Shown in pieces: positions 11,426 through 21,260 of a stretch of 64,000 bases of DNA. Positions within the stretch are counted from its first letter, which is position 1. Each line of letters begins with the position of its first letter. The position numbers and the translations under genes are program-made. The notes beneath the pieces were generated by a model, which ran no database searches, was not told where the DNA came from, and saw only the letters and a list, made by a program, of their open reading frames with translations. Source of the stretch: Podarcis erhardii (taxonomy: Eukaryota); assembly GCA_964252035.1 (NCBI GenBank), contig OZ176212.1. The stretch is one strand, 5' to 3'.

Positions 11426-12779
11426 GGCAAAAAAAGAATTTATTTAAATTCACTTCTCTTGCCTTGTCAGTGTCTCATTATTCATCGCTACACAGGTGTG
11501 TTATCAGCATGGGGTAGGTAGTGATGTGGCTCAAGGCACTGAAAATGGTTTGGGAGGGAAATTATTTTAAGGGATAGAGATGGAAAGACATGATTTTTGA
11601 AAGCACAAAGGAGAAGCTTTGGGAAGTTTACCACAAGGAACTATTAATATATGGCAAAGAAATAGTTTTATTTGTTTATCCACTGAAGAATTTATAAGCT
11701 GCATTCTCTCATAAGTATTGACAAGGTGGTATGCAACATACAAGATAAAACCACCAAAGGCATCATTAAAAACATCAGTAAATACTAGTTACCACAAAGG
11801 AAAGAAATGTGAAGGCCTGTCTATAAACAGTTTTCAGAAGATGTCTTAAAGAAGGCAGGGGTGATTTCTACTGAAATTATGTGACTTGATCAACTTGATT
11901 TAATAGAAATAAAATATTTGCTCAGTGCATCTTCTGCCAGCATAGTGACGAGATTATGCTGCTAAGCATAACTTTACTTCTAGGTATCTTTTAGATGTAC
12001 AGTGCTAGTTTACCTAAATTCTAATTAATTGTTTGATACTCTTTATTTCTATTCTCATGTGCTGAGCTTCTAAGCTGGTTGCCACTGTAAAAAAGCTCCT
12101 CACTTTAAAAAATAAGATTGCCATCTTAAAAGCCAGTGAACTGATGCGGCCAATTTACTGAAGAGTAAAGCCTACAGAGCACAATGGGGCTTCTCAGTAA
12201 AGATGCTTAGTTGCAGTGGTAATGAGGAAGTGTGTGAAATAAATCCCCACCACAATTTATCATGAAAACCAAAGGAAGGAGCCATCTGTGTCCTGTTGGG
12301 TAAGAGTGCAGTGTTGATAGCCTTCATAGGGGCAAAACATTTTCTTAGCCCAGCTGTTTTGTAGAAAAATACAGAAAGCTATGAGCCCAATCTCCCCCTG
12401 CCCCCTGAAATGGTATTAAAATCAATGGGATGGGTCCATGTAAACATTGCACGGTCTGAATTGCTTGCTTATTTGAACCTGAGCCTCCTTTTATACAAAC
12501 CTGAGCTTGGGTTGCTTTGCAGTTACTCTTTTCTGGGCTTAAAAACACAAGTAGACAAGTAACAAAAAATGAGCCATATAACTTACTGTTCCTGACCTGC
12601 ACTGGGGGAGGGGGAGGAGAAAATGCGCTCCTTGTTGGTTTGCCTCTTTTAAAAGGTGAATATTTCATAAGAGTTGACCTAAATGTAGCTAAAACCGGTT
12701 TTGACGATACAATATATTAATGATCTATAAAGAAGTACTCTTTGCCCTCGACCAAAATGGCTCTCAAAGCTTCCAGTAG

Positions 12780-13200
12780 TTGTGGTAGCTCTATGCTCTT
12801 CGGAAGACTCTCCTCTATGGTCCCGAGCAGCCGTTATACGGGAAGGCGCACGGCCTCCTCTCTTCCGAGGCCTAAGTCGATGACGTGATTTACAGTGTAG
12901 GGAGCAGCGCTGTTTCTATGGCGGGAGGGTAGCGCGAGGCGCGTGCGCGCCTGCGCGTCACTCCAAAGCGCCCATTCGCCCGCGGATTGAGAGCGGCGCG
13001 GAGGAGTCTCGCCTGCGCCTGCGCGCGAGAGTAATACCTGATAGGATTCCTTTGCAGGAGTTAGGAAATGGGTGTGCGCAGCTGCCTCTTAAAGGGGCAG
13101 AATCCTCGAGTAAAAGGGGAAGTCGCCTGAGCGCCAGCCTGGAGGGCAGTAGAGAACAGGACGGAGGTAAGATAAGGTTGCACCTTTCTTAACTGTGTGC
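12780..13200. promoter_or_regulatory. CpG-island promoter with non-coding first exon (donor at 13166/13167); putative shared promoter of the Harbinger-derived gene and TMEM219
   Basis: CpG-dense. NRF1-like GCGCCTGCGC motifs (about 12947 and 13015), TGACGTGA 12881-12888, strong donor GGAG|GTAAGA. No other promoter-like CpG island before the TMEM219 ATG apart from the CpG-rich transposase ORF. Confidence 0.7.
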
Positions 13201-13947
13201 CATTCTTGCATTTCCCCCCCCCCCGGGTCTGTTCTCCATCTGGTTATTCTCATCTAAATCCTTTTGTTCAGCTATTTTGGAGCAAGGATTTAGGTTTCGA
13301 AGAATGTAGCCCCTTGGGGGATAAAATAGGGGGGGGGGTTGCCTTCGTTTGCTGCCTCACACCAAGTCAGCCCATTGGTCCATCTTGTATTGTTTACTCT
13401 GACTGGCAGCTGCTCTCCAGGGTCTTTCTCAAGCTGAACGCTTTTAGCTGCATGGCCAGAGGTCGAACTTGCATTTTCTGAATGCCAAATACTGAATTTG
13501 CCTCTGAACGATAGCACCTCTCAGTCAGGGAAAGTCACAATTTGTATCCTATACATGCCGCAATCCTTTGCATATACAGTATATGCCCAGAAGTGAGTTC
13601 CACAGTGGAGCTTATTTCTTAGTAAGTATGCATAGAATTGCAACCTTGTGTGCATACGTTGAGAGAGATTAATACACTCCTGTATTTCTGGAGCTTAGAC
13701 TATTTACAAGTGAATGCATTTTTTTTCTCAGTGCACAGCTGAAAAAGAAGTTATATGTCTACCTTCCATGTGAAATACTGCATTTCCCCAGTATCATTAA
13801 TTATTCCTAAAGCACTTCTTAGCAAGCAATCCTGGTTTTCAGTGCTCTTCTTGTCACTATGGAAGTGAGTCAGCCACATCATTGTTTCTCACCATGCTTG
13901 ATGGACTTTTGCAATTAAGAAAGTTTCTACCTGGATCTCCTAACCCT

Positions 13948-14160
13948 AATGTGGTACTGCGGGTGATGTGCCAGACTAGGACCAGGGAGACCAAGATCCA
14001 AACCCCCATTCAACTATGAAGCTCACAGGGTGGTCAGTCACTGTCTTTCAGCCTTACCTCACCCACAGGGTTGTTGTGAAGATAAAATGCAGGGACAGCT
14101 ACGTATGCCTCTTTGAGCTCCTTGGAGGAAAGGTGGGATATTATGTATTAAACGAATAAT
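13948..14160 (+). mobile_element. Squamate SINE (CORE/MIR-like body, LINE-derived tail)
   Basis: CACAGGGTTGTTGTGAAGATAAAATG core and CTTTGAGCTCCTTGGAGGAAAGGTGGGATAT...AAT tail. Ends approximate. Confidence 0.55.
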
Positions 14161-14976
14161 ACTGCTGTACCACACTAACCATCTTCACATGTGCTTACTC
14201 ATATTTCTCTCTAACCCAAAAGCTTATTTTGAGCTGGGAGCTTAAGCTGCCGGGAACCTGTTTTGAGTGCTACCACTGAACCATGAAATAACAGTAAGCT
14301 GTGCTGATTGGTTCTCATCTGGCAAGGGGGCTCTGGTTTGCACATGGCATGCTGCCTTTTGGCCTTCCCTCCCCAGACTCAATAGCTGAGCAGGCAGTTT
14401 TCGTAAAGATAGGGCAGGATTCAGTTATCCTATTTCACTAGCAGACAAAGACTTCTACTAGCCTAATGGGGCTTCACCCACCTTACGCCTCTCCCAAATC
14501 TGCTCTGAGAACCCACAGAACAGATCACAGGGAGGAGAGGGGAAATTGTTCCATCAAGCAAGCAGCAGACAGAACAATCTCCTTAGCGCTAGCCAGAATT
14601 CCACCCATGGTTGTTGTTTTTAAAATCACAATTGTCCCCTCAGTAATTTAATAAGAGAAAGCTGGTGTAGTGTAGTGCCTGAGAGACTGAGCTATGAGTC
14701 AGAAGTCAGGACTGGTTTGGATCTTACCTCTGCCCTGAGCTCACAAGGTGCCTTGGGGAAGCAATTCTCCCTCAACTCACACCTGTTGCCGTATTGGGGG
14801 ATAATGCAGATTTACAGACTTACAACTGGATGATGCATATGAACTACTGTGAGCACTTGAAAGCAGTCTAGGAATATGAGGTATTGTTATTAACAGGACA
14901 AAAGACACCTCTACAGTTGTAATGTGAGCAGGCTGTGTGCTCCCATTGCACATTTGTGTCTGTGCATTCACACGTG

Positions 14977-15112
14977 CAGGCACCCCCAAACTCGGCCCGC
15001 CAGCTGTTTTGGGACTACAACTCCCATCATCCCTAGCTAACAGGAGCAGTGGTCAGGGATGGTAGGGATTGTAGTCCCAAAGCATCTGGAGGGCCAAGTT
15101 TGGGGATGCCTG
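14977..15112. mobile_element. hAT-type MITE, 136 bp
   Basis: TIRs CAGGCACCCCCAAACTCGGCCC / GGGCCAAGTTTGGGGATGCCTG. Flanks CACACGTG / CACATGTA fit a decayed 8-bp TSD (6/8 match). Confidence 0.8.
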
Positions 15113-16816
15113 CACATGTAGGTGCACTTAAGATGAAACACACCTATAGTTTCAACTGTGTGTGTTTGTGTGTGAGAGATGAATGCTGGAGAATGAGAGC
15201 TCTAGTATGTGATTGCTAACGTGATTTTGGTAACAAATTCCCAAAGGCAGGGCCACACCTAGAAAATAGGGACAGATGGGGTGGATAAGGAGTTTCTTGG
15301 TAGATCCTTTGTTAGAGTTTAAACCAAACCACTTTCTGTCTCCAGACTATCTGTCTTTCCATGCCACTATCTTGGCCACCCTTCCCCTCTTCCCTATACC
15401 CAGTCACTGTTCTCTCATCTCTTCCTTGTCTTTGGCAACTGAGTATGGGATGATGATCAGATTAAATGAAGGGCTCTTCTGCCTTTCAAATAAGTATTTA
15501 GAAGATGCAGTGGCTTGTACAGAACTATGTAGGAACCCAGGCTGCAATTGAAGCTGGTACCTCTATCAGTAATGGGGTCCCAAAGCTCTCTCTGTGTGTC
15601 TATGTGGTTTGCATCCAGCCCTAACCATGTTATTATTTAAAAGTAAGTAAGTAAAAGTGAGTTCAGTGCGATTTGCTTCCAACCAAGGATGTGCAGGGTT
15701 GCAACTCTAATGTACTGAGGACACACGGAAAACTGTGTTGCATGAGAAAAATCAATATTCCCTGTGGAAGGGGGAGTGGGGGGGGGTTATTGTAGCAGAG
15801 AACATGTAGATCAGTTCCCAATGTTCTTCATTGTTTTTGTAGTAAGTCAAAGCTGGGCATTAAATGACTTCTGGGCATTTTGCTAAGGATGGTGGAAGAG
15901 CAACTGAACTGAATTATTTGGGTCAGTAGGCCAACAGAACTGCTCTGATTCCGTGAGCTTTAACCACTGAGAACACATTAGCATTCTGCTCATTTCACAG
16001 AAAAGAGGATTTAAAACTGCTCATTTCGCTGTAGTCATGGTTCAAATGGAATATTTGGGGGAAAATAAAATACAGCTGTCTCACTAACTTGAGCAGAGGT
16101 GGAACTCTGGAAAAGTGGTAAGATTTTAAATCTCACAGGATTTACCTCAGAACCTGATTTTCAAGACTCAGCCTAATTGCCTCTGAGCATGTATAGAGCG
16201 CTTTCCCATCACTGCTGAGTAACTCCTGTTGGGCTGAGCACACCTGGAACAAGCAGGGATGCTGAACCTCTGAAGCCAATTAAGTTACAAATCAGATATC
16301 AGGTGGTTGACCAGTTTTGAGATAAAGTCCTAGCTTCAGAGAGTAGGCAGTTACTGGAGATGGGTGTGGGTTGATGTAAGACGAACACTATGGGAGTAAT
16401 ATAGGAATGTGATTGAGGGGTGCTCAGCTGGAAGACTATTTATGGGCCTGGAGGTAATCTGGGATGGGGAAGACATAGGCAACTCTGAAACCTTTAAGAA
16501 TTTTGAAATGTAGAATGGGCAGAGATTGGACCTTTCCCAAGTGTGGTGGAATAAATTTCTTATGCTCCATCTATTTTGCTGTTTAGAAAAGGCCTTCACG
16601 GTTGAAATACAAATATGATTCTGTTACAATATATTGCCCTTCAGCTCAACAGCACCTTTCCGGCTGAAGCACAAGGACTGGTGATGTCTCGTCCCTGCCC
16701 AGCGACATCATCCCTGCCTTGGCTAAGGGTGTAGCAAGGGGAAGGTTTTTCTCGTAGCGCCTTCACGCCACTTCCCCCCAAGCCTTCTGCAAGCTTCTTC
16801 AAGAGCGGCCGGATAA

Positions 16817-18172
16817 ATGGAGCAGGAGTGCCTGGCTCTGGTTGCTGCCTGCGTCCAAACTTCCCAGTTGCTAGTGCAGCAATGGATGCTCAACAGGCGC
16901 ACGGTGATTTTCGCCATAGCGAGGATTCTGCAGAGGAGGCGCTTCCGCAGGTCGGCTGCGGTGCTGAGGCGCATCCTCTCAGCCAGCGTCCGCCGCAAGA
17001 GAGCCCTGCTGCGGCTTCACCGGAACGCCATCGTCTCCGTGGTCACCATGGTGTACTCGTCTTCCCCCGCGCTGCACTACGAGCACGAGCTGATGGCCTT
17101 GTCTGAGCGCTCCCACTGGATGCTTCCGAGGTGCAGCGAATGGTGGGAGCGGATGATCAACTCCGAGCAGGATGACAAGTGCTGGATTTCCTTGTTCAGG
17201 ATGTCGCGGTCCACGCTGATGTACATCGCCGAGGAGCTGCGCCCTGCCCTGCAGCGCCGGGACACGGGCATGCGGTCTCACATCCCTGTGGAGAAAAGAG
17301 TCGCCATGACTATCTGGAAGCTGGCGCACCACGACAGCTACAAGACCGTCTCGGAGCTCTTCGGGGTGGGGATTTCGTCAGCCTGCTCAATATTTGAAGA
17401 GGTGTGCGAGGAAATAAACAGCAGGCTGCTGACCCAGATCATTAAGCTGGGAGACCCGCAGGAGATCATTGAGGGCTTCAAGGAGATGGGTTTCCCCAAT
17501 TGCCTCGGCGCAATCGATGCAATCCACATCTCCATCCTCTGTCCCCCGTTCTCTGCCGACTCCTACATTAATTGCAAGGGTTTCTATTCTATGGTGCTGC
17601 AGGCCCTGGTGGACAGCAAATCCCGGTTCACAGATATCTACGTCGGCTTTCCGGAGAGGTCCCACGACTCCCGCATCTTGCACAACTCTCCGTTCTTCAA
17701 CAGCATGGACGAAGGCACTTTTGGGCCACAGGCGCCAACGGTGCTAGAAGGTGTTTCGATGACCCCTGTCATAATTGGGGATCCTGCCTATCCACTTCGC
17801 CCCTGGCTCATGAAGCCATACCCAGCGCCAAAAACCGGGGCCCAGGAAAAATTCAACGAGCGGCTCGCTAAGTGCCGAGCGTGTGTGGAGAGAGCTTTTG
17901 GGGTCCTGAGAGCTCGCTGGAGGTGCCTGCAGATGAGGCTGGATGTGAGGGAGAAGCTCATTCCTGTGGTCATAGCCACCTGCTGTATCCTGCACAATAT
18001 CTGCGAGATCAAAGGGGATGAGTTGCTGGAGCCGTTGGAAAGCCCCGCAGTGGCTGAAAGCCAGAATGCTTCAGCCAGGCCAAGGGTGCCCTTGTCAGAG
18101 GCTGGACTGACCAAGAGAGCTTGCCAGATCAGGGCTGCTTATTGCTCTTATTTTGAAAAGAACCCTGTGTAA
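16817..18172 (+). CDS. PIF/Harbinger transposase-derived protein (HARBI1/ALP1-like, DDE_Tnp_4 family), intronless, 451 aa, probably domesticated
   Basis: Uninterrupted ORF. HTH-type region FRMSRSTLMYIAEELRP...IPVEKRVAMTIWKLA...VSELFGVGISSA. Acidic residues D234 (GAIDAIH), D284 (RSHDS), D322 (IGDPAYPLRPWLMKPY), E358 (VERAFGVLRARWRCL), and C-terminal CCILHNIC. Not the HARBI1 orthologue by motif sequence or locus. Confidence 0.93.
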   Translation: MEQECLALVAACVQTSQLLVQQWMLNRRTVIFAIARILQRRRFRRSAAVLRRILSASVRRKRALLRLHRNAIVSVVTMVYSSSPALHYEHELMALSERSHWMLPRCSEWWERMINSEQDDKCWISLFRMSRSTLMYIAEELRPALQRRDTGMRSHIPVEKRVAMTIWKLAHHDSYKTVSELFGVGISSACSIFEEVCEEINSRLLTQIIKLGDPQEIIEGFKEMGFPNCLGAIDAIHISILCPPFSADSYINCKGFYSMVLQALVDSKSRFTDIYVGFPERSHDSRILHNSPFFNSMDEGTFGPQAPTVLEGVSMTPVIIGDPAYPLRPWLMKPYPAPKTGAQEKFNERLAKCRACVERAFGVLRARWRCLQMRLDVREKLIPVVIATCCILHNICEIKGDELLEPLESPAVAESQNASARPRVPLSEAGLTKRACQIRAAYCSYFEKNPV

Positions 18173-18303
18173 AGTGGGGTGGGGGTGGGGGGAAACAAAG
18201 CAGGCTCGTTTGTCCATGTAATTTCTTGGGTGTGTATGACCTGGTTGTAGTATACAGACCCTGTATTGCTGATGCCTAGCATGTGGTAGTTTTCTACATG
18301 TCA

Positions 18304-18309
18304 AATAAA
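18304..18309 (+). terminator. PolyA signal of the Harbinger-derived gene
   Basis: AATAAA 132 nt after the stop, followed by a GT/T-rich downstream sequence. Confidence 0.6.
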
Positions 18310-18656
18310 AAGGCTATGATTTTGAGTGGTCTGCTGCTATATTTTCTAAGAGATGGGATTTTTTAAAAGGTAATTGCTATGGTAAAAGCATAGGGTGGGA
18401 CTTGAACCAATGATGGTGTAAAATAGAAGAGTGAACAGTTTTTCTTAAAGGGGATTTATATACCTACCACTCTATCTCTAAAACATTAACAAAAATACAT
18501 GGTATACCTGCCTAATGAAAATGGAAGTTCATGGACAAATTTTCTAGCCTGTTAGAAAGTACACTCTGGTTGCAATCCTATGTACACTTACCTGGGACTA
18601 CGTTTTACTGAACTCTCTGGGACTTTCTGTAGAATCCTATCATGTTCACCCAGAAA

Positions 18657-18844
18657 CATAGCTGTCAACTTTCAGATTTGAAAATAAGGGATCAGCAGCC
18701 TCGAAAATAAGGGACCAGCAGGCTCACCTGTCCTGGGGACAGTCTACGGGATATCTAACAATCCGGGATAGCAGCGGGAAGCAGCAGGAAACGGTGCTGG
18801 AATAAGGGAATTTCCCACCAAAAAAGGGAAGGTTGACAGCTATG
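18657..18844. mobile_element. Young hAT-type MITE, 188 bp
   Basis: Perfect 13-bp TIRs CATAGCTGTCAAC / GTTGACAGCTATG and perfect 8-bp TSD CCCAGAAA (18649-18656, 18845-18852). Internal repeat GAAAATAAGGGA; CpGs retained. Confidence 0.92.
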
Positions 18845-20979
18845 CCCAGAAATATCTCAAGATGTTTCAGTTGGCTAGTCTAGTATCCAGATGCTTGTGG
18901 GGGAAATCAACAAAGATCATGAAGATGCATGCTACTCCAGCCTCTCCAATACTAAATGCAGGTTTTATGCTACTTTGCTACATGAAGCTATCGTCTTCTG
19001 GGTGTCATCTAAAAGCTGTTTCAGTGTTGCAGGTTCATCTGGACACCCAGGGATTTTTAAGATGAGACACATGGATTCAAGGGGAATGGCTGACGTGAGA
19101 TTTATATGAACCAGTAACCATGGATCCACATAATGAAACAGTTTAGACAGTCTTCTTAAGCTAAGATACGAACAATACTTTTGTTCACACTAAAACCAGG
19201 AATCTTCTAATCATAATTTCCTGGTTTGGTAGGGTCGCCATGTTTCAAAAAGTGAAAACACTAAGTTTTATTTTGTTTTTTTGCAAAATTGCAAAAATGG
19301 CTATTTTTTAAGGGAAATTGACACTGCTGGCTTAACTGGTTTAATTGCAGCTTTCAGGGAAAAGTGAAGGGGCTGTGTTCAGGGGCAAAAAGCTTATGCA
19401 TTTTTCAGCCTAATAAGTCTAATAAGATATTACTAATAAGATATGACTGTCTGAATGCATGTGATAACTCCCACTTTCCATATCTAGGCAGACATGGTTT
19501 TATCCTGGCTTGCAAACCAGAAATGTCAGTAACATTGTTTCTCAGTTCAGATGTCAAGCGAAGCTGATTTAACAAACTGGGAATCTTCCCCTCCTATGGG
19601 GCACATGAGAGAGGAAGCACCCATACTCATGGTTCGCTCCTGCTCTTAAAAAAAAATAAAAATCACTGAGCTGTTTTACGAAAGGAAACAACAAAAACAC
19701 TTGTCCTTCCATATTTAAGATTTTTCTAGGAAAGTATATTTTTTCAATTGGCAGGGAAGCCAAACACAGAATAAATGCATTCATGATGATGGTCATTGTG
19801 CTTAATGCCCTGTTTGCTAATTGCTAGGGATGGTCTTCAAGGGGAGACTTCTGAAGTGATAGTGCAAAGCAGTAACCGGTGTACTTTGGTTGCAAACATG
19901 TTCTGCTGATCCTTTCTTTCACAATGCAATATTGTGCAGACACACAGAATGTGTAGAAAGTGGCTTTTGACAATTACGTGCCATTTGCCACAACTACAAC
20001 GTTGAACAGTTAGTAGGGTCATTTTAACAAAACGGCTTTAAGCAAAAACTGTAGCATGTTCCTCCACTTCAAAGCAAAAAGAGGATTTGTTGCATTTCCT
20101 TTGCTTCCGTAGGCAGCAGTCTAGTGTCACCAGGACTGAATTTGTAGCAGAACTCACCTAAGCTTAGCACTAGAACACAGAGGTTGCTCAAGAGAGTCTC
20201 TGGGTTGTATCCAGCTAAGTTCTACCCTAAAGGAGACCTGAAATTATTGAACCTAAGATAGACTTGTCCATTCAGTTCATTGGGTCTGTTCCGAGTACAG
20301 CTACCACTGGAGACAATCCTCTCCCTCACCACTGAAGGACACTTCCCCTGTTACAAGTACTGGAAACATACAACCCACATTAGAAAATGGGCAACAATCG
20401 CATGTGTAGAATTGTTGCTGCATAAACAGGCTTTGAAGACCACCAGGAGTGTACTTGCCACATGTGATCATCTTTATGTGCTTACCATGATGTTTCTTAC
20501 AGAGGACTTGCCTCCTATGTGTTGTGTAATGTAGGAAGCAATCCAGAAAAACCACAACTCCCCTCCCCCCCCCCCAGCAGCACCACGAACACTCAATCAA
20601 GCAATACATAGCCAAGATCAGGGCTTCTAGGCAGCCTTAAACTCTCCTCCAGCCAATGCCTCTTCATTTAATATGCGATTTAGAAGAAAGATGCTGGGGG
20701 GTGGATATGAAACAGTGGGGTGGGGGGAAGGAGACAAAAAAACAGATTGTCTTAGCCTTTTGAGGACATGGTGGCTGCTATGTGGATCATAGTGGGATGT
20801 GAGAAATCAAAAAGGACCAAGTGTCCCTCAGTTGTCCAGCACTCTATTTTTGAAAGTGTATAAGTTGATTGTTCTGTATTTAGCAGTTACCTTTGGACAC
20901 TTAGGAGGGTGTTGGAGAAGTTGGTTTTGAGGATCACCAGGCAAAATGGCATTAGCAGAACTTTCAGTGTTGGAGAACA

Positions 20980-21260
20980 TCAACAGCTTTGCTGAATCAG
21001 GCCAAAGGTCCATCTAGTCTAGTATCCCCTTTCCTACAGTGGTAAAGTATACACTTCTGGGAAGCTCATAAACAGGCATAGAAGCAATAGCTGTCACGTG
21101 TTATTACTCCCTAGTGACAGTATTATCAGGCATGCTATGTCTTAAGTTTGGAGTTTGTATGTAGACTTTCCTTATACTAATATCAAATCCATTCTCCCAA
21201 GTTTGGATCCTTGTGCAGCTAAAAGCGCATGATGAGTGCACATGGAAGAGTTATTCAGGA
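20980..21260 (+). mobile_element. CR1-type LINE 3' fragment
   Basis: GCTGAATCAGGCCAAAGGTCCATCTAGTCTAGTATCC motif, with related copies at about 21590-21750 (+) and 41030-41280 (-). Family assignment from memory. Confidence 0.45.

Noticed and set aside
16817-18172. Assigning the symbol HARBI1
   Set aside because: Motifs (GDPAYPLRPWLMKPY, VERAFG) resemble TE-type/ALP1-like transposases rather than HARBI1; it is about 100 aa longer and ATG13 synteny is absent.
18657-18844. TIR element near the transposase ORF as a possible end of its parent transposon
   Set aside because: The 8-bp TSD and self-contained TIR pair indicate hAT, not Harbinger (3-bp TWA), and it does not enclose the ORF.
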